This document shows, in pieces, positions 51,446 through 61,582 of a stretch of DNA of 64,000 nt. The DNA lies in NCBI GenBank assembly GCA_977017575.1, contig CDRNVI010000046.1, forward strand, positions 1 to 64,000. Direction: 5' to 3'. Made by a program: the position numbers and the translations under genes. The DNA is from Paramoeba atlantica. Its lineage: Eukaryota; Protista; Discosea. Below the pieces are notes generated by a model. The model did no database searches. It was not told where the DNA came from and saw nothing but the letters and a program-made list of their open reading frames with translations. Position 1 is the first letter of the stretch; every line of letters begins with the position of its first letter.

Positions 51446-51870
51446 TTAGGAGCTTCTTCAGATTCAGTCATTCAATATTGTGGTATCTTGCACTTTCTAC
51501 AAAATTGGAACGTGCGTGCTCTAGCTGATGGTGGGTTTTACGAATGCAGAAGCGTGATAGTTCCGTACAGCAAACATGAAATATGGCCACGAGATCTGTC
51601 CGATCGTCCTTCCGAAATTGAATTAAAAAGAGCTAATGACAAACTTTCCTATAATCACTCGCTCATTTTAGGGCTAGAATTGAGCATGTGTTTAGTCGTT
51701 CGTGTATGGGAAGGTGGCTTGCTTTCAAAAATTGGACCAAGCTATCGAACTCTCTTCTGTACTATTCTTTTGCATGTTGTGCGATAGTTCATAACATGGA
51801 AATTATTTTTCATCACAGTTGGTCCGGAAAGTATGCCTCTATGTCAGAAGATAAAAAAGGAGGCCATTAA
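51446..51870 (+). mobile_element. Harbinger/ISL2EU-like transposase, C-terminal half (frameshifted)
   Basis: LGASSDSVIQYCGIL...ALADGGF...IVPY...N..LS; then after a shift at ~51665, RARIEHVFSR...CCAIVHN. Confidence 0.7.
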
Positions 51871-52118
51871 AAGAAAAATTGCTTTACATAAAGCCCAATC
51901 TTCAAGATATCCCAAACCTGGCTGTCGCGCATCCCAAAAGAGGGGACGTAATAGCACGCCAGAAAATAGACTTGTACAAACCCAGATTGAGGACTACATT
52001 GTCAATTTAGCCACGGATATCGATGAATGCTAAACCTTTTTCGTTTGATTGTTCACTTATACTTTTGACTATCTCAAAAAAGACCTACATCGGTCCCACT
52101 ATTTTCGACCGCCTGGCA

Positions 52119-52275
52119 CCAACCTCCAGGTTGGCCACCCCCGCCATTGCAGAGGGGGTGGCCGGGGGGGGGGGTCACCGCCAGTGACCTTGCAAAAGCC
52201 TTCTGTGGGTAACACTGGGTAGCACAGGTTGCACTGGGTAGCACAGCGTACACAAGATCACACTGGGTAACTGCA
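52119..52275. other. Cluster of three GC-rich hairpins plus CACTGGGTA repeats
   Basis: CCAACCT/AGGTTGG, GGCCACCCCC/GGGGGTGGCC, GGTCAC/GTGACC; CACTGGGTA x3. Confidence 0.6.
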
Positions 52276-52482
52276 GAATCTCCATTTACTAGATTAGAAA
52301 GATCGTCAAAAAACAGAGGAAAGGAATAAAAGCGATAAACTATCCACTTCCTCCGAAATTACATATTTTTTATATTTAGAGCCAAGTGAATTTTGATTAA
52401 GAAGTCTTTTTTGTTTGGTAGATGTAAATCTTAGCGATAATAGAAATCAAAAAACAAAGCTCAGCCTTTTTTCTAAGACCAT

Positions 52483-54534
52483 TTACTGGCGCAGCGGCTT
52501 AGCAACCTTTTCACGTTTTTTTCCAATATCAACGTGATACATACTTTCTTTCATACGATGACTAAACCTCTCATCAATCGAATCAATTTCTCGAGCTGCA
52601 CGGTTCATGTCGATGGAAGAAATAGGAGCATCTTCATTAAGCTTCCCATTAAGATTTGTGGCGCTACCGAGACAGGATATTTCAGGTTGAAACTGTAGGC
52701 CTTGACGAGCTAAACGACGGGCTTGTCGTTCGATTCTTTTTTCTCTTGCTTGCGCTTGTTTCTTTTGTTTGTGTAGCCTACGCTTGCGACTGCGTTTAGA
52801 AATACCATTTTCCGATCGTACGTCTTGCATCTGTTCATCTGAGTCAACTGTATTCTCCAGGTTATTTTTCTTAAAATCTCTATCTGGACTTTCCGCAGCA
52901 TCTAAGTTGCTATTTCGAATTATTGTTTTCAAATCCTCAGTGGAGCATGGCGTTTCTACTCTTGTTTCCGTTTCTTCAACATTTTCCGTCCGAGAACGCT
53001 GTTTTTGACGTTGTGCCTTTCGCTTAACATCTCGTCGTTCTCCAACTGTTTTTGCGTTTTGCAATGCAAGATGATACATTGATTCCTCGTGGATCTTTTC
53101 CACCACAGCATCGTCATGAGCGGTAAACTCCGTGTAAAAGTCACCATTGTTGGTGGAGTGATTAGGAAAATTGCTGACCTCACTCGATACGCTCTCTAAC
53201 TCATCAATGCAAGGCTCACTAGAAATCTTCGTTGAGGACCCGTCCTCTTGCAAATCCTTTTCATTATCGTGATCTTTATCTTCCGTTTGATAACCTTCTA
53301 GCAGGCATGCGTATTTTTCCTTTTGAGCGCTACAAGATCTTCCCATAGTAACTTGACTTTCTTCTTCGCTTTCAGATGCTACATAGGCATCCAAGTCACC
53401 CATTTGCATGTCTTTCATTGCAAATGCATTCTTGAGTGCAGCAGTACGCTTTAGGTCAGTCATGTCCCAAAGCAAGGAAGCCGCACTTGGAGTATTAGAC
53501 ATACCAGATGTTTCCCCTGTACTCGGTAAGATCCTTTCATGAGTTTGTAGTGCGGAGAGGGCAGGGGAGAGGATATATTCAAGAGGCAGAGTGTGACAAT
53601 GATCAGAGACATTTTCCTCGTCAAAGTTCATTTCTTGTGGAACGTATCTTAGAAACATTACAATTCCAGCGAATTCCACTTCTCTCTCATTACATTGCTC
53701 GTATAATTCGCTAGCTGTTGCTGGTGTGTCACATTCGATTATGGCATAGTAAAACTTTTTTCGCAGCTCACCGTATGCAATAATTTTTTCCGGATCCATA
53801 TCGTTGTTGATGTCCGCCGAAGTGTCCGCCGAATGAAATTCTTCTTCATTGGGAACTTCCGATTCTTTTTTGAGGCGTTTCATTTTCAAATGCGGCCTCT
53901 CGCTCTGGATTTTAGAATTTGACTGAACGCCCTTTTCTACACGCCAAACATTAGGAACCTGTTCCCCTTCTCGATGCTGAATCCCCACTTCACTGACATA
54001 AATTTTTACGTCTCGTACTGCTCCACCATGTGGGGCAAAAGAATGAAATAATGCAAAAAGATCAAGGGCCGTTACGTAATCCCACTCGAATTCAACTAAC
54101 GCAAGTCGTGAAGTAGCCTCTATAGTTGCATCCTCCGAGGGACACTCCGTCCCATGTTCAGTGCTTGAGACTTGAGGTACCATAGCGACTGAGTTATTAT
54201 CTGACTGATTCCCTGAAAATTCCCCGATAGAGTCATCATTTCCATCAGAACAGATTTCCATATGTTCCTTGTGCATAGTTAAATGATTCTTAAAGCGTAT
54301 GTCGGAAGCTGTGTCAAGCGAAGCGTCAGTAACATTTTTATTCACGAAATGTTTTTTCTTCGGCAATTTGCATACACGTTTTTTGCTTTCTCGGTCATTG
54401 TATTGCACTCGAGAGTTAGAATCACGATATAGCGTACGAAATCGGGGGTCGTGTAGCTCTCTAAAGCGATTGTCATTTGTACCACGAATTTTCCGACTGC
54501 GCTGAGCCGTCGCTTTTTGCGTAATTTCACACAT
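52483..54534 (-). CDS. ESF1: Pre-rRNA-processing protein ESF1 homologue
   Basis: TSRLALVEFEWDYVTALDLFALFHSF..G.V..VKIY.SE.G, YYAIIECD, YEQC..RE.E...LRYVP; D.RF near the C-terminus. Confidence 0.85.
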   Translation of the reverse strand: MCEITQKATAQRSRKIRGTNDNRFRELHDPRFRTLYRDSNSRVQYNDRESKKRVCKLPKKKHFVNKNVTDASLDTASDIRFKNHLTMHKEHMEICSDGNDDSIGEFSGNQSDNNSVAMVPQVSSTEHGTECPSEDATIEATSRLALVEFEWDYVTALDLFALFHSFAPHGGAVRDVKIYVSEVGIQHREGEQVPNVWRVEKGVQSNSKIQSERPHLKMKRLKKESEVPNEEEFHSADTSADINNDMDPEKIIAYGELRKKFYYAIIECDTPATASELYEQCNEREVEFAGIVMFLRYVPQEMNFDEENVSDHCHTLPLEYILSPALSALQTHERILPSTGETSGMSNTPSAASLLWDMTDLKRTAALKNAFAMKDMQMGDLDAYVASESEEESQVTMGRSCSAQKEKYACLLEGYQTEDKDHDNEKDLQEDGSSTKISSEPCIDELESVSSEVSNFPNHSTNNGDFYTEFTAHDDAVVEKIHEESMYHLALQNAKTVGERRDVKRKAQRQKQRSRTENVEETETRVETPCSTEDLKTIIRNSNLDAAESPDRDFKKNNLENTVDSDEQMQDVRSENGISKRSRKRRLHKQKKQAQAREKRIERQARRLARQGLQFQPEISCLGSATNLNGKLNEDAPISSIDMNRAAREIDSIDERFSHRMKESMYHVDIGKKREKVAKPLRQ

Positions 54535-54788
54535 GTTCACACAAATTGCATATCTCAGTTCTTGAAAAACAAAGTTCAATAAAGTTTTTTAAGTCACACG
54601 GAAATACTCTAAACTAACTTCAAGCAAAGCGCCCTTCGCTTGAAAAAATCATACGACTTTTGTTATGACGAAAAGAATACAAACCTATGGACATAAAAGA
54701 TACTTCTCGTTCGACTAAAATCTTTTACACGTAGGATCCTTAAGAAAAAGTCTTTTTACAGAAACAAATAACTCTCTTGAAAGACACC

Positions 54789-55373
54789 CTAGTGCGGATC
54801 CGGAGTGTACCCGTCCACGGCCATATTCCGTGTTGCGCTGGGTATCTCCACCACCGTCCCTTCCATATCCTTTGTGACTTTGACTTGGCACCCAAGCCGG
54901 GAAGTCGGACGCAAGTCAAACGCTAAATCCAGCAAATCCTCCTCCGCTTCACACGGCACGGGGGCCGTTGCGTAGGCCCGGGCGTCAAGGATACAGTGGC
55001 ACGTGCTGCACGCCAGACTGCCCTCACACGCGGCCTCCAGACCAATATCGTGCTCCCGCGAGACCTCCAGCAGGGTCTGGCCCTCACGTGCGGTCACTGT
55101 CTTGTGCCCATCCGGCAGCTTGTTCCCTTTCCAGGTAAACGTGACGGGATCCCCTCCGCAGGTACGCTGCGAATGAGAACGTACCGAGAAAACGTATGGA
55201 GGAACACGATGTTTTGCGGACCGCATGCCTTGTAAATAGGCATGCGCTGGGCGAGAGTGAATTCTGAATAAGGGATAGGTGCCATGGTGAGGTGCCACGG
55301 GGTGCGTTATTCCGTGCCATAAGGCTCTTTTCCAATGCGATATTGTATAACTCATCATTTTCATTCTGGACAT
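54789..55373 (-). CDS. FDX: Mitochondrial [2Fe-2S] ferredoxin (adrenodoxin type)
   Basis: EAACEGSLACSTCHCIL, EEDLLDLAF, SRLGCQ. Confidence 0.96.
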   Translation of the reverse strand: MSRMKMMSYTISHWKRALWHGITHPVAPHHGTYPLFRIHSRPAHAYLQGMRSAKHRVPPYVFSVRSHSQRTCGGDPVTFTWKGNKLPDGHKTVTAREGQTLLEVSREHDIGLEAACEGSLACSTCHCILDARAYATAPVPCEAEEDLLDLAFDLRPTSRLGCQVKVTKDMEGTVVEIPSATRNMAVDGYTPDPH

Positions 55374-55571
55374 ATTAGGTATCTTTCTACGGATACCACA
55401 GTTTTAAAGACCTCATAGATAAAAAGATTTTTTTCCGTTCGAAGTATGAATAAAAAAGTGATTAGTCAACTAAAATAATGAGCCTGCAAAGAAAAAACTG
55501 TCGACAACTTACAGTCAGGGGTGTATAAGTGAGTAGAAAAATAAAAAAATGGTATGAGGAATTTATGTAGA

Positions 55572-58500
55572 CTATGCCTTGGGACGTCTTTCCAACCCCC
55601 TTTTCAATACATTTGTAGTATGCGTGACCTGCACTTTCGATGGACTATCTGTATTGCCTGTTTGCCGGGAGAAATCAGCTACCTCGCCGTCGACTGCCTT
55701 GAAGCACGTATCGTCTTCTAGACTAATTTCAGAGTCTTTCAACTTTGCCCGATGAGGAAATTCATCCAGTTGACATAGTACACGTAAATATTCCACGATG
55801 CTTTTAATCCCGCGCTGCAACAAAGCCCTTAGTTGTGCGATAGGGATCGACATTGTATTAAATGGAGGCTGTTTGGTAAGTTCTTCGAGTGAATATCCAT
55901 GTAAGCCTACGCCCAATAATATAGCGGACACGGAGGGACTAAGTACAACTCCAGCTTCAATCCCCTTCTCTGGGTGGTGAAACAATTTTTTGGAAAAGTA
56001 CAGGCTGGCTAAGGTGGGAAGCAAGTCACGGATTATGGCAAGATCAACTCGAAGCTGCGTAAAAGAACTCATGCGAGCCATGTCAGTTGAGGACAGACGC
56101 TGTGATACTTCTGTCCGTGTTGCCTGCGGTACACCATCCACAGTGACCCTCGACGTCTCCTCATCATATTCCGTCAGGCGCTGCATTGCGCTTTCTAGAT
56201 GGGTGGGTGTATCCACTGCTAAAGCCAGAGAGACGTCCAGGGGTAGTCCCCGAAAAACGGAAGAGACGAGCGCAAGATAGCGCTGATGAAACTCCTGTCG
56301 AAGATCATTAAAAAGAATCCCCAGATTCCTGTTTCCCACTGTCTGGACGAGAGGCTGCATCATAAGCAGTGAGTGTTCCGCCGTCATCTCGTTGGTTTGC
56401 TGGCGCAAGTAGTAAGGGGCAAAGCCGCATTTTGTCCAGAACTCAAACAAGGGGGCTGTTACACCATACACTGTCCCTATGTATGCTTGACCGCTCATTT
56501 TATGACATTTTGAGTCAAGTTCAACAAAAAGTGCAGCGTTTGAGGCATCAGAAGTTTCAGTCACATCAGAACTGTCATGTGCATCCCCCAAGAAAGAAGT
56601 GGATGACTTTGAAAACTCGGAGCTGCTGCCACGTAAGTATTCAATCAATAGTGACATGGCTTTGGATCCATACCCGGAGCGTTGAAAGGCACTGTGTGTG
56701 GCAATACGTACCACTCGTAGGCCACGTAATGCGGCTAACTCTGGTTGAAGAAAATAACTTGCAAGTGTGTAGGGTATCATATCCCCACTAGGCTTAGTGG
56801 CCTCGTCGAGGTGGCGCTGGAGCTTGTCTTGCCCCACCCCGCCTTCCTCACACAGCTGAATGACGCAATAGATGTCGCAGTGCGTGGGTTCGCCATGCGG
56901 GACGGGACCCGTGAGTACGAGCAAGTGGTGGGCAGGGGCGTCGCAGAGCAGTTGTAAGTCGTTGGGCTGGTTTCGGTAGTGAGCGCCAACAAGCAGTGAC
57001 ATCACACGTTGGAGAAAAATTTCCGCTGTGGGCTCTGAAGAGAAGAGCACGTCCCGGTTTACGTAGTGCAGAGTGCACGAACGCGGATCCGGACTACTTT
57101 TCGGGGTGTACGTCTCCGTCGTGCACTCGAGGCAGAGTAAATTGTACAACCAACGTTCAATGGGATCGTTTAGTGCATATCGTATGGGCTCTTTGAGTTC
57201 TATTTCTTGTAGGGTCCTAGACCGATGGGCCCAGGGGTCTCCGATCGCCTCCTTCTTGCGTGGCTCCTGGGTGCTCGTCTGCTTCAACTCCTTTATGAGC
57301 TTTAGTGACAGGCTTCGCCCCGTTCCTTCGTATCCGCTAATAGTAGAGGACATCATAACAAGGTAGGGACCAAGTAGCTTCCTTACCATAGGCAAGGGAA
57401 TTGCCGCGGCTTCTTCGACTATCACAAGTTCAGCCTGTGATGTCAGAAGCGAGTCTTGGGGAAAAATGTATTGAAGCAGTTGACGGTGATGATTTTTCCC
57501 CCGACGCAACACAACGCGAACAATACAATGTGAAAGCTCAGGAGCCGAACAGTAAAATTTCTCATAGTCGGAATGCTCAACGTAGCCCAGAGCGGTGAGA
57601 CCTTTCAGCAAGAACTCGAAAAGGGTCGCAACGTTTTCTGGACTTGGAGAAGTGACAAGCATGTTTGAGTAGCCCAGATGGAAGGCACCGGCGACTGCCA
57701 TACCAAGCGCCGCAGACTTTCCGCGCCCTCGCCCCGCGGTCATGGAAAGCGTGACATCAAGTGACTTCTCGGAAAGTACCTTCACTAATGTAAGAAGCGC
57801 CTTGGCCTGGTCCAAAGTCACGGAAAGCTGTGCCAATGGACCGACAAGTGCTTGCGTCTTCAAGGCCTCTTTCATTTCACGAAGCGATTTCTCCGCCGGA
57901 GTGAGTAATCCTCCACCGACTCCTTCAACAGTGGCAACATATCTCATTGATGGATCCAACGATACTGCATCAGTAATTGGAAGAACCTCAAGTCGGTCGT
58001 TGACACAGATAAAATTCTTACAGTCCGCAAAACTGCGGACAAGTCTCCGGTTAAATCGTGGAATAACCACTGGATGAGACTCGGTGCGGTACTTTGAGTG
58101 TACTTCCATGACCAAGGTGTGGAGTTGGCGCAGTGAAGTCATCGTTCGTAGCATTAACAAAATAAGCCCTCCACCAGCCACGGTCTCGATGGTACGTGCA
58201 AGTACATTCGGGGTTAAGGCCTCAAAATCCTGCAAGACAAGCATGGGAAAGGTGCACCCTAATATTTTTTGGGACTCCTTGTAGTAACAGTACCGAATAG
58301 AAGTTTGCGCTAGAAACGTCTCAAACGATTCGTGAGTTTCTGTCGTTACCTTTCCCGACGAAATCTCACGCCGACTTTGAGTCAGACGCTTTTTCCGCGA
58401 CATTCCACCAAACGAGAGTTCGTTCTTCATACACCATAGTACAGAAGGATTAGTCTCATTACGAGCCTTGCTCAGCATGTAGTGAAAATTCATTACCTGA

Positions 58501-58673
58501 GTTTTCGACTCGTCTCCTACTAGTGCTACAAGGCAGCGATGCTTATTGTGTACCGCTCGCTCAAGAACGCCTGGGATACGGTCATCGACTTTTACTAATT
58601 TCTTTGTCGGCTCTGACAAAGTCTTTACATCTGTCTCGGTATCAGTCATCCTACGTTTCCCGCTCCAACGCAT
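55572..58673 (-). CDS. NAT10: RNA cytidine acetyltransferase NAT10/Kre33
   Basis: LGCTF.MLVLQDFEALTPNVLARTIETV.GGG, TAGRGRGKSAALG, STISGYEGTGRSLSLKL, HYRNQPNDLQLLCDAPAH, VRIATH...Q..GYGS. Confidence 0.96.
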   Translation of the reverse strand: MRWSGKRRMTDTETDVKTLSEPTKKLVKVDDRIPGVLERAVHNKHRCLVALVGDESKTQVMNFHYMLSKARNETNPSVLWCMKNELSFGGMSRKKRLTQSRREISSGKVTTETHESFETFLAQTSIRYCYYKESQKILGCTFPMLVLQDFEALTPNVLARTIETVAGGGLILLMLRTMTSLRQLHTLVMEVHSKYRTESHPVVIPRFNRRLVRSFADCKNFICVNDRLEVLPITDAVSLDPSMRYVATVEGVGGGLLTPAEKSLREMKEALKTQALVGPLAQLSVTLDQAKALLTLVKVLSEKSLDVTLSMTAGRGRGKSAALGMAVAGAFHLGYSNMLVTSPSPENVATLFEFLLKGLTALGYVEHSDYEKFYCSAPELSHCIVRVVLRRGKNHHRQLLQYIFPQDSLLTSQAELVIVEEAAAIPLPMVRKLLGPYLVMMSSTISGYEGTGRSLSLKLIKELKQTSTQEPRKKEAIGDPWAHRSRTLQEIELKEPIRYALNDPIERWLYNLLCLECTTETYTPKSSPDPRSCTLHYVNRDVLFSSEPTAEIFLQRVMSLLVGAHYRNQPNDLQLLCDAPAHHLLVLTGPVPHGEPTHCDIYCVIQLCEEGGVGQDKLQRHLDEATKPSGDMIPYTLASYFLQPELAALRGLRVVRIATHSAFQRSGYGSKAMSLLIEYLRGSSSEFSKSSTSFLGDAHDSSDVTETSDASNAALFVELDSKCHKMSGQAYIGTVYGVTAPLFEFWTKCGFAPYYLRQQTNEMTAEHSLLMMQPLVQTVGNRNLGILFNDLRQEFHQRYLALVSSVFRGLPLDVSLALAVDTPTHLESAMQRLTEYDEETSRVTVDGVPQATRTEVSQRLSSTDMARMSSFTQLRVDLAIIRDLLPTLASLYFSKKLFHHPEKGIEAGVVLSPSVSAILLGVGLHGYSLEELTKQPPFNTMSIPIAQLRALLQRGIKSIVEYLRVLCQLDEFPHRAKLKDSEISLEDDTCFKAVDGEVADFSRQTGNTDSPSKVQVTHTTNVLKRGLERRPKA

Positions 58674-59216
58674 TTTAGAGAGAAGAAAAAAAAAGAAAAA
58701 ATTCAATACGATCGCGTGCAAGTATATGATAGTTCAACTAAAACATAGTGCAAGTAAATGATACAAGCGCTAACGCATCCAAATGGGCTTCACATAACCA
58801 ACCGTATTCAAATGTATTAGACATTGTGTTAACATAATCATGCGTGTTAGATTATCGTTTTGTATTCATCTCATAAAAAAGAATACAAAGAGAAGCGAAT
58901 AAAGCATACGTCTGCTTCTGACAAGATCATTACCTAATTAGACGTGCAATCGATCGTGAACAATTTCTTTAATCAACTTTTTTTATGATCTTTTTTAAAG
59001 AACTTTTCATTCATCAATAGTCGCGTAACCCAATGAATAAACTCGCATTCTCCGAAATACACCACACCATTCTTACACTAAATTTTTATTCATCCAATCA
59101 AATAAACACACACATAAACTTCAATAAATAATAACCACACAACAAAATATTACAGAAACACATTTAGGAAAAATAAAGAAAACAAGCAATCCGTTGGAGC
59201 AGTCCTAACCCTTGAT

Positions 59217-61223
59217 TTAGTCTACCTCTTCAACCTTGGGTCCCGAGCTCGCCGGTGGGGCTGGGGCGGCTCCCCCGGCACCTGGGAATCCCTCCGGCAT
59301 TCCTCCAGGAAATCCCCCGGGCATCCCACCGGGAAACCCTCCCGGGGCTGCACCCTCCGCCCCTGGGGCGCCTCCACCCTGCTGGTACATCTTGGTCATG
59401 ATGGGTGTGCATTTCTGCTCCAGCTCCTTCTGCCGCCCTTCGTACTCCTCCTTGCTCGCCTCCTGACTGGACTCAAGCCACTTGATGGTTTCCTCCACGG
59501 CATCGAGAAGGGTCTGCTTGTCGCCCGCGTCCAGCTTTCCCCCCACATTGGGGTCATTCGCGGTGTTCTTCATGCTGTACGCGTAGTTCTCGAGTCCGTT
59601 CTTCGCCTCGATACGCTCACGTTGCTTCCGGTCCTCCTCCTCGAACTTTGCGGACTCGTTCACCATGCGCTCGATCTCCTCCTTGCTGAGACGCCCCTTG
59701 TCGTTGGTGATGGTGATCTGGTTCTTCTTCCCCGTGCCCTTCTCCTCGGCGCTGACGTTCAGGATACCATTGGCGTCGATGTCAAACGTGACTTCGATTT
59801 GTGGCACCCCGCGCGGCGCGGGTGGAATTCCCGAGAGATCGAATGTGCCGAGAAGGTGGCAGTCGCGTGTCATCGCGCGCTCACCCTCGAACACCTGGAT
59901 ATGCACCCCCGGTTGGTTGTCGCTGTACGTGGAGAAGGTCTGGCTCTTCTTGGTCGGGATCGTCGTGTTGCGCTTGATCAGGGACGTCATGACACCCCCG
60001 GCGGTTTCGATACCCAACGTCAGCGGGGCGACATCCAGGAGAAGAAGTCCCTCCGTCTGCTTACTCTTCCCGCCGGTGAGGATGTAGGCTTGCACCGCGG
60101 CACCGTACGCCACAGCCTCGTCCGGGTTAATACTCTTGTTGAGTTCCTTTCCGCCAAAGAAGTCGGAGACGAGCTGCTGCACTTTGGGAATACGAGTCGA
60201 ACCACCGACCAGAACCACGTCGTGCACCGTGCGCTTGTCAATCTTCGCATCCGTCAGGACTTGTTCCACCGGCTTGAGTGTTGAGCGGAAGAGGTCCGCG
60301 CAAAGCTCCTCGAATCGCGCACGGGTGATGCTCGTGTAGAAGTCAATCCCCTCAAAAAGAGAGTCAATCTCCACGGAACTCTGAGCCGCGGAAGACAGAG
60401 TACGCTTGGCTCGCTCGCACGCGGTGCGAAGACGGCGTAGTGCTCGCTGGTTCTGCGACAGATCCTTCTTGTGCTTTCGCTTAAATTCCTCGACAAAGTG
60501 GTTCACGAGACGGTTGTCAAAGTCCTCACCACCGAGATGGGTGTCTCCCGCCGTGGCCTTGACCTCGAAGATTCCACCATCGATGGTGAGCAGAGTGACG
60601 TCAAAGGTGCCGCCTCCGAGATCAAAGATGAGTACGTTCCGTTCTTGTTGGTCCGAGATCTTATCCAGGCCGTACGCAATCGCCGCCGCCGTGGGCTCGT
60701 TGATGATTCGAAGCACTTCCAGTCCGGCAATCGAGCCCGCGTCCTTCGTGGCCTGTCGTTGGGAGTCGTTGAAGTACGCCGGGACGGTGACCACCGCCTT
60801 CTTGACCTCCTTACCGAGATATGCCTCCGCAATCTCCTTCATCTTAATCAACACCATGGAGCTAATCTCCTCCGGCGTGAAGGTCTTTGCCTCGCCCTTG
60901 TACTGGACCTCCATCACGGGCTTCTCGTCCCCCTGGGAACGTACCTTAAAGGGCCAGTGCTTCATGTCGCTCTGAACAACGGAGTCGGAGATCTTACGCC
61001 CGATTAGTCGCTTCGCATCAAACACACTGTTGGTCGGATTCATCGCTACCTGGTTCTTCGCGGCATCCCCAATCAGACGTTCAGTGTCCGTGAAGGCCAC
61101 GTAGGACGGAGTCGTGTAGTTCCCCTGGTCATTCGCAATGATTACCACACGCTCGTTCTGCCACACCCCAACACAGGAGTAGGTGGTCCCGAGATCGATA
61201 CCAATAGCTCCTTCGTACGTCAT
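59217..61223 (-). CDS. HSP70: Cytosolic HSP70, tandem copy 1
   Basis: [23 protein letters not shown]-type repeats, C-terminal EEVD. Confidence 0.99.
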   Translation of the reverse strand: MTYEGAIGIDLGTTYSCVGVWQNERVVIIANDQGNYTTPSYVAFTDTERLIGDAAKNQVAMNPTNSVFDAKRLIGRKISDSVVQSDMKHWPFKVRSQGDEKPVMEVQYKGEAKTFTPEEISSMVLIKMKEIAEAYLGKEVKKAVVTVPAYFNDSQRQATKDAGSIAGLEVLRIINEPTAAAIAYGLDKISDQQERNVLIFDLGGGTFDVTLLTIDGGIFEVKATAGDTHLGGEDFDNRLVNHFVEEFKRKHKKDLSQNQRALRRLRTACERAKRTLSSAAQSSVEIDSLFEGIDFYTSITRARFEELCADLFRSTLKPVEQVLTDAKIDKRTVHDVVLVGGSTRIPKVQQLVSDFFGGKELNKSINPDEAVAYGAAVQAYILTGGKSKQTEGLLLLDVAPLTLGIETAGGVMTSLIKRNTTIPTKKSQTFSTYSDNQPGVHIQVFEGERAMTRDCHLLGTFDLSGIPPAPRGVPQIEVTFDIDANGILNVSAEEKGTGKKNQITITNDKGRLSKEEIERMVNESAKFEEEDRKQRERIEAKNGLENYAYSMKNTANDPNVGGKLDAGDKQTLLDAVEETIKWLESSQEASKEEYEGRQKELEQKCTPIMTKMYQQGGGAPGAEGAAPGGFPGGMPGGFPGGMPEGFPGAGGAAPAPPASSGPKVEEVD

Positions 61224-61582
61224 CAAGTTAATAATAAAATGGAGAGATATGCAAAAGCAATGAAGCTATAGAATTAAATACATTTGAATTCAAGTTCCAA
61301 CTAACAGACGTAATAATGCCGTGATATTGGGCGCGTAGTGGTCTTTTTTAAAGAACATATTGAAGCCAAAGCGGTAAAAAACACGACGCACTCATTTGCT
61401 CCAAAGTTGTTAGAACCAAAGTACGCTAAACAAGGTCAAACTAAATTATTTTACCCCAATTTTCCGAATTACGCACAAATAATTGCGTGGTTTACATTGT
61501 TAAATAATTTATCTATCAAATATGTGATCCGAAAAGAAAAAAGGAAAACAAGCAACCCGTTGGAGCAGTCCTAACCCTTGAT

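Noticed and set aside
24523-55373. Fe-S gene cluster (ISU1 and ferredoxin in one window)
   Set aside because: They are 30 kb apart, and kinetoplastid polycistronic units are generally not functionally grouped.
61338-61574. 78-aa ORF in HSP70 intergenic regions (also 63704-63940)
   Set aside because: GTG start, antisense to the gene cluster, AT-rich spacer, and its identity merely reflects the tandem unit.
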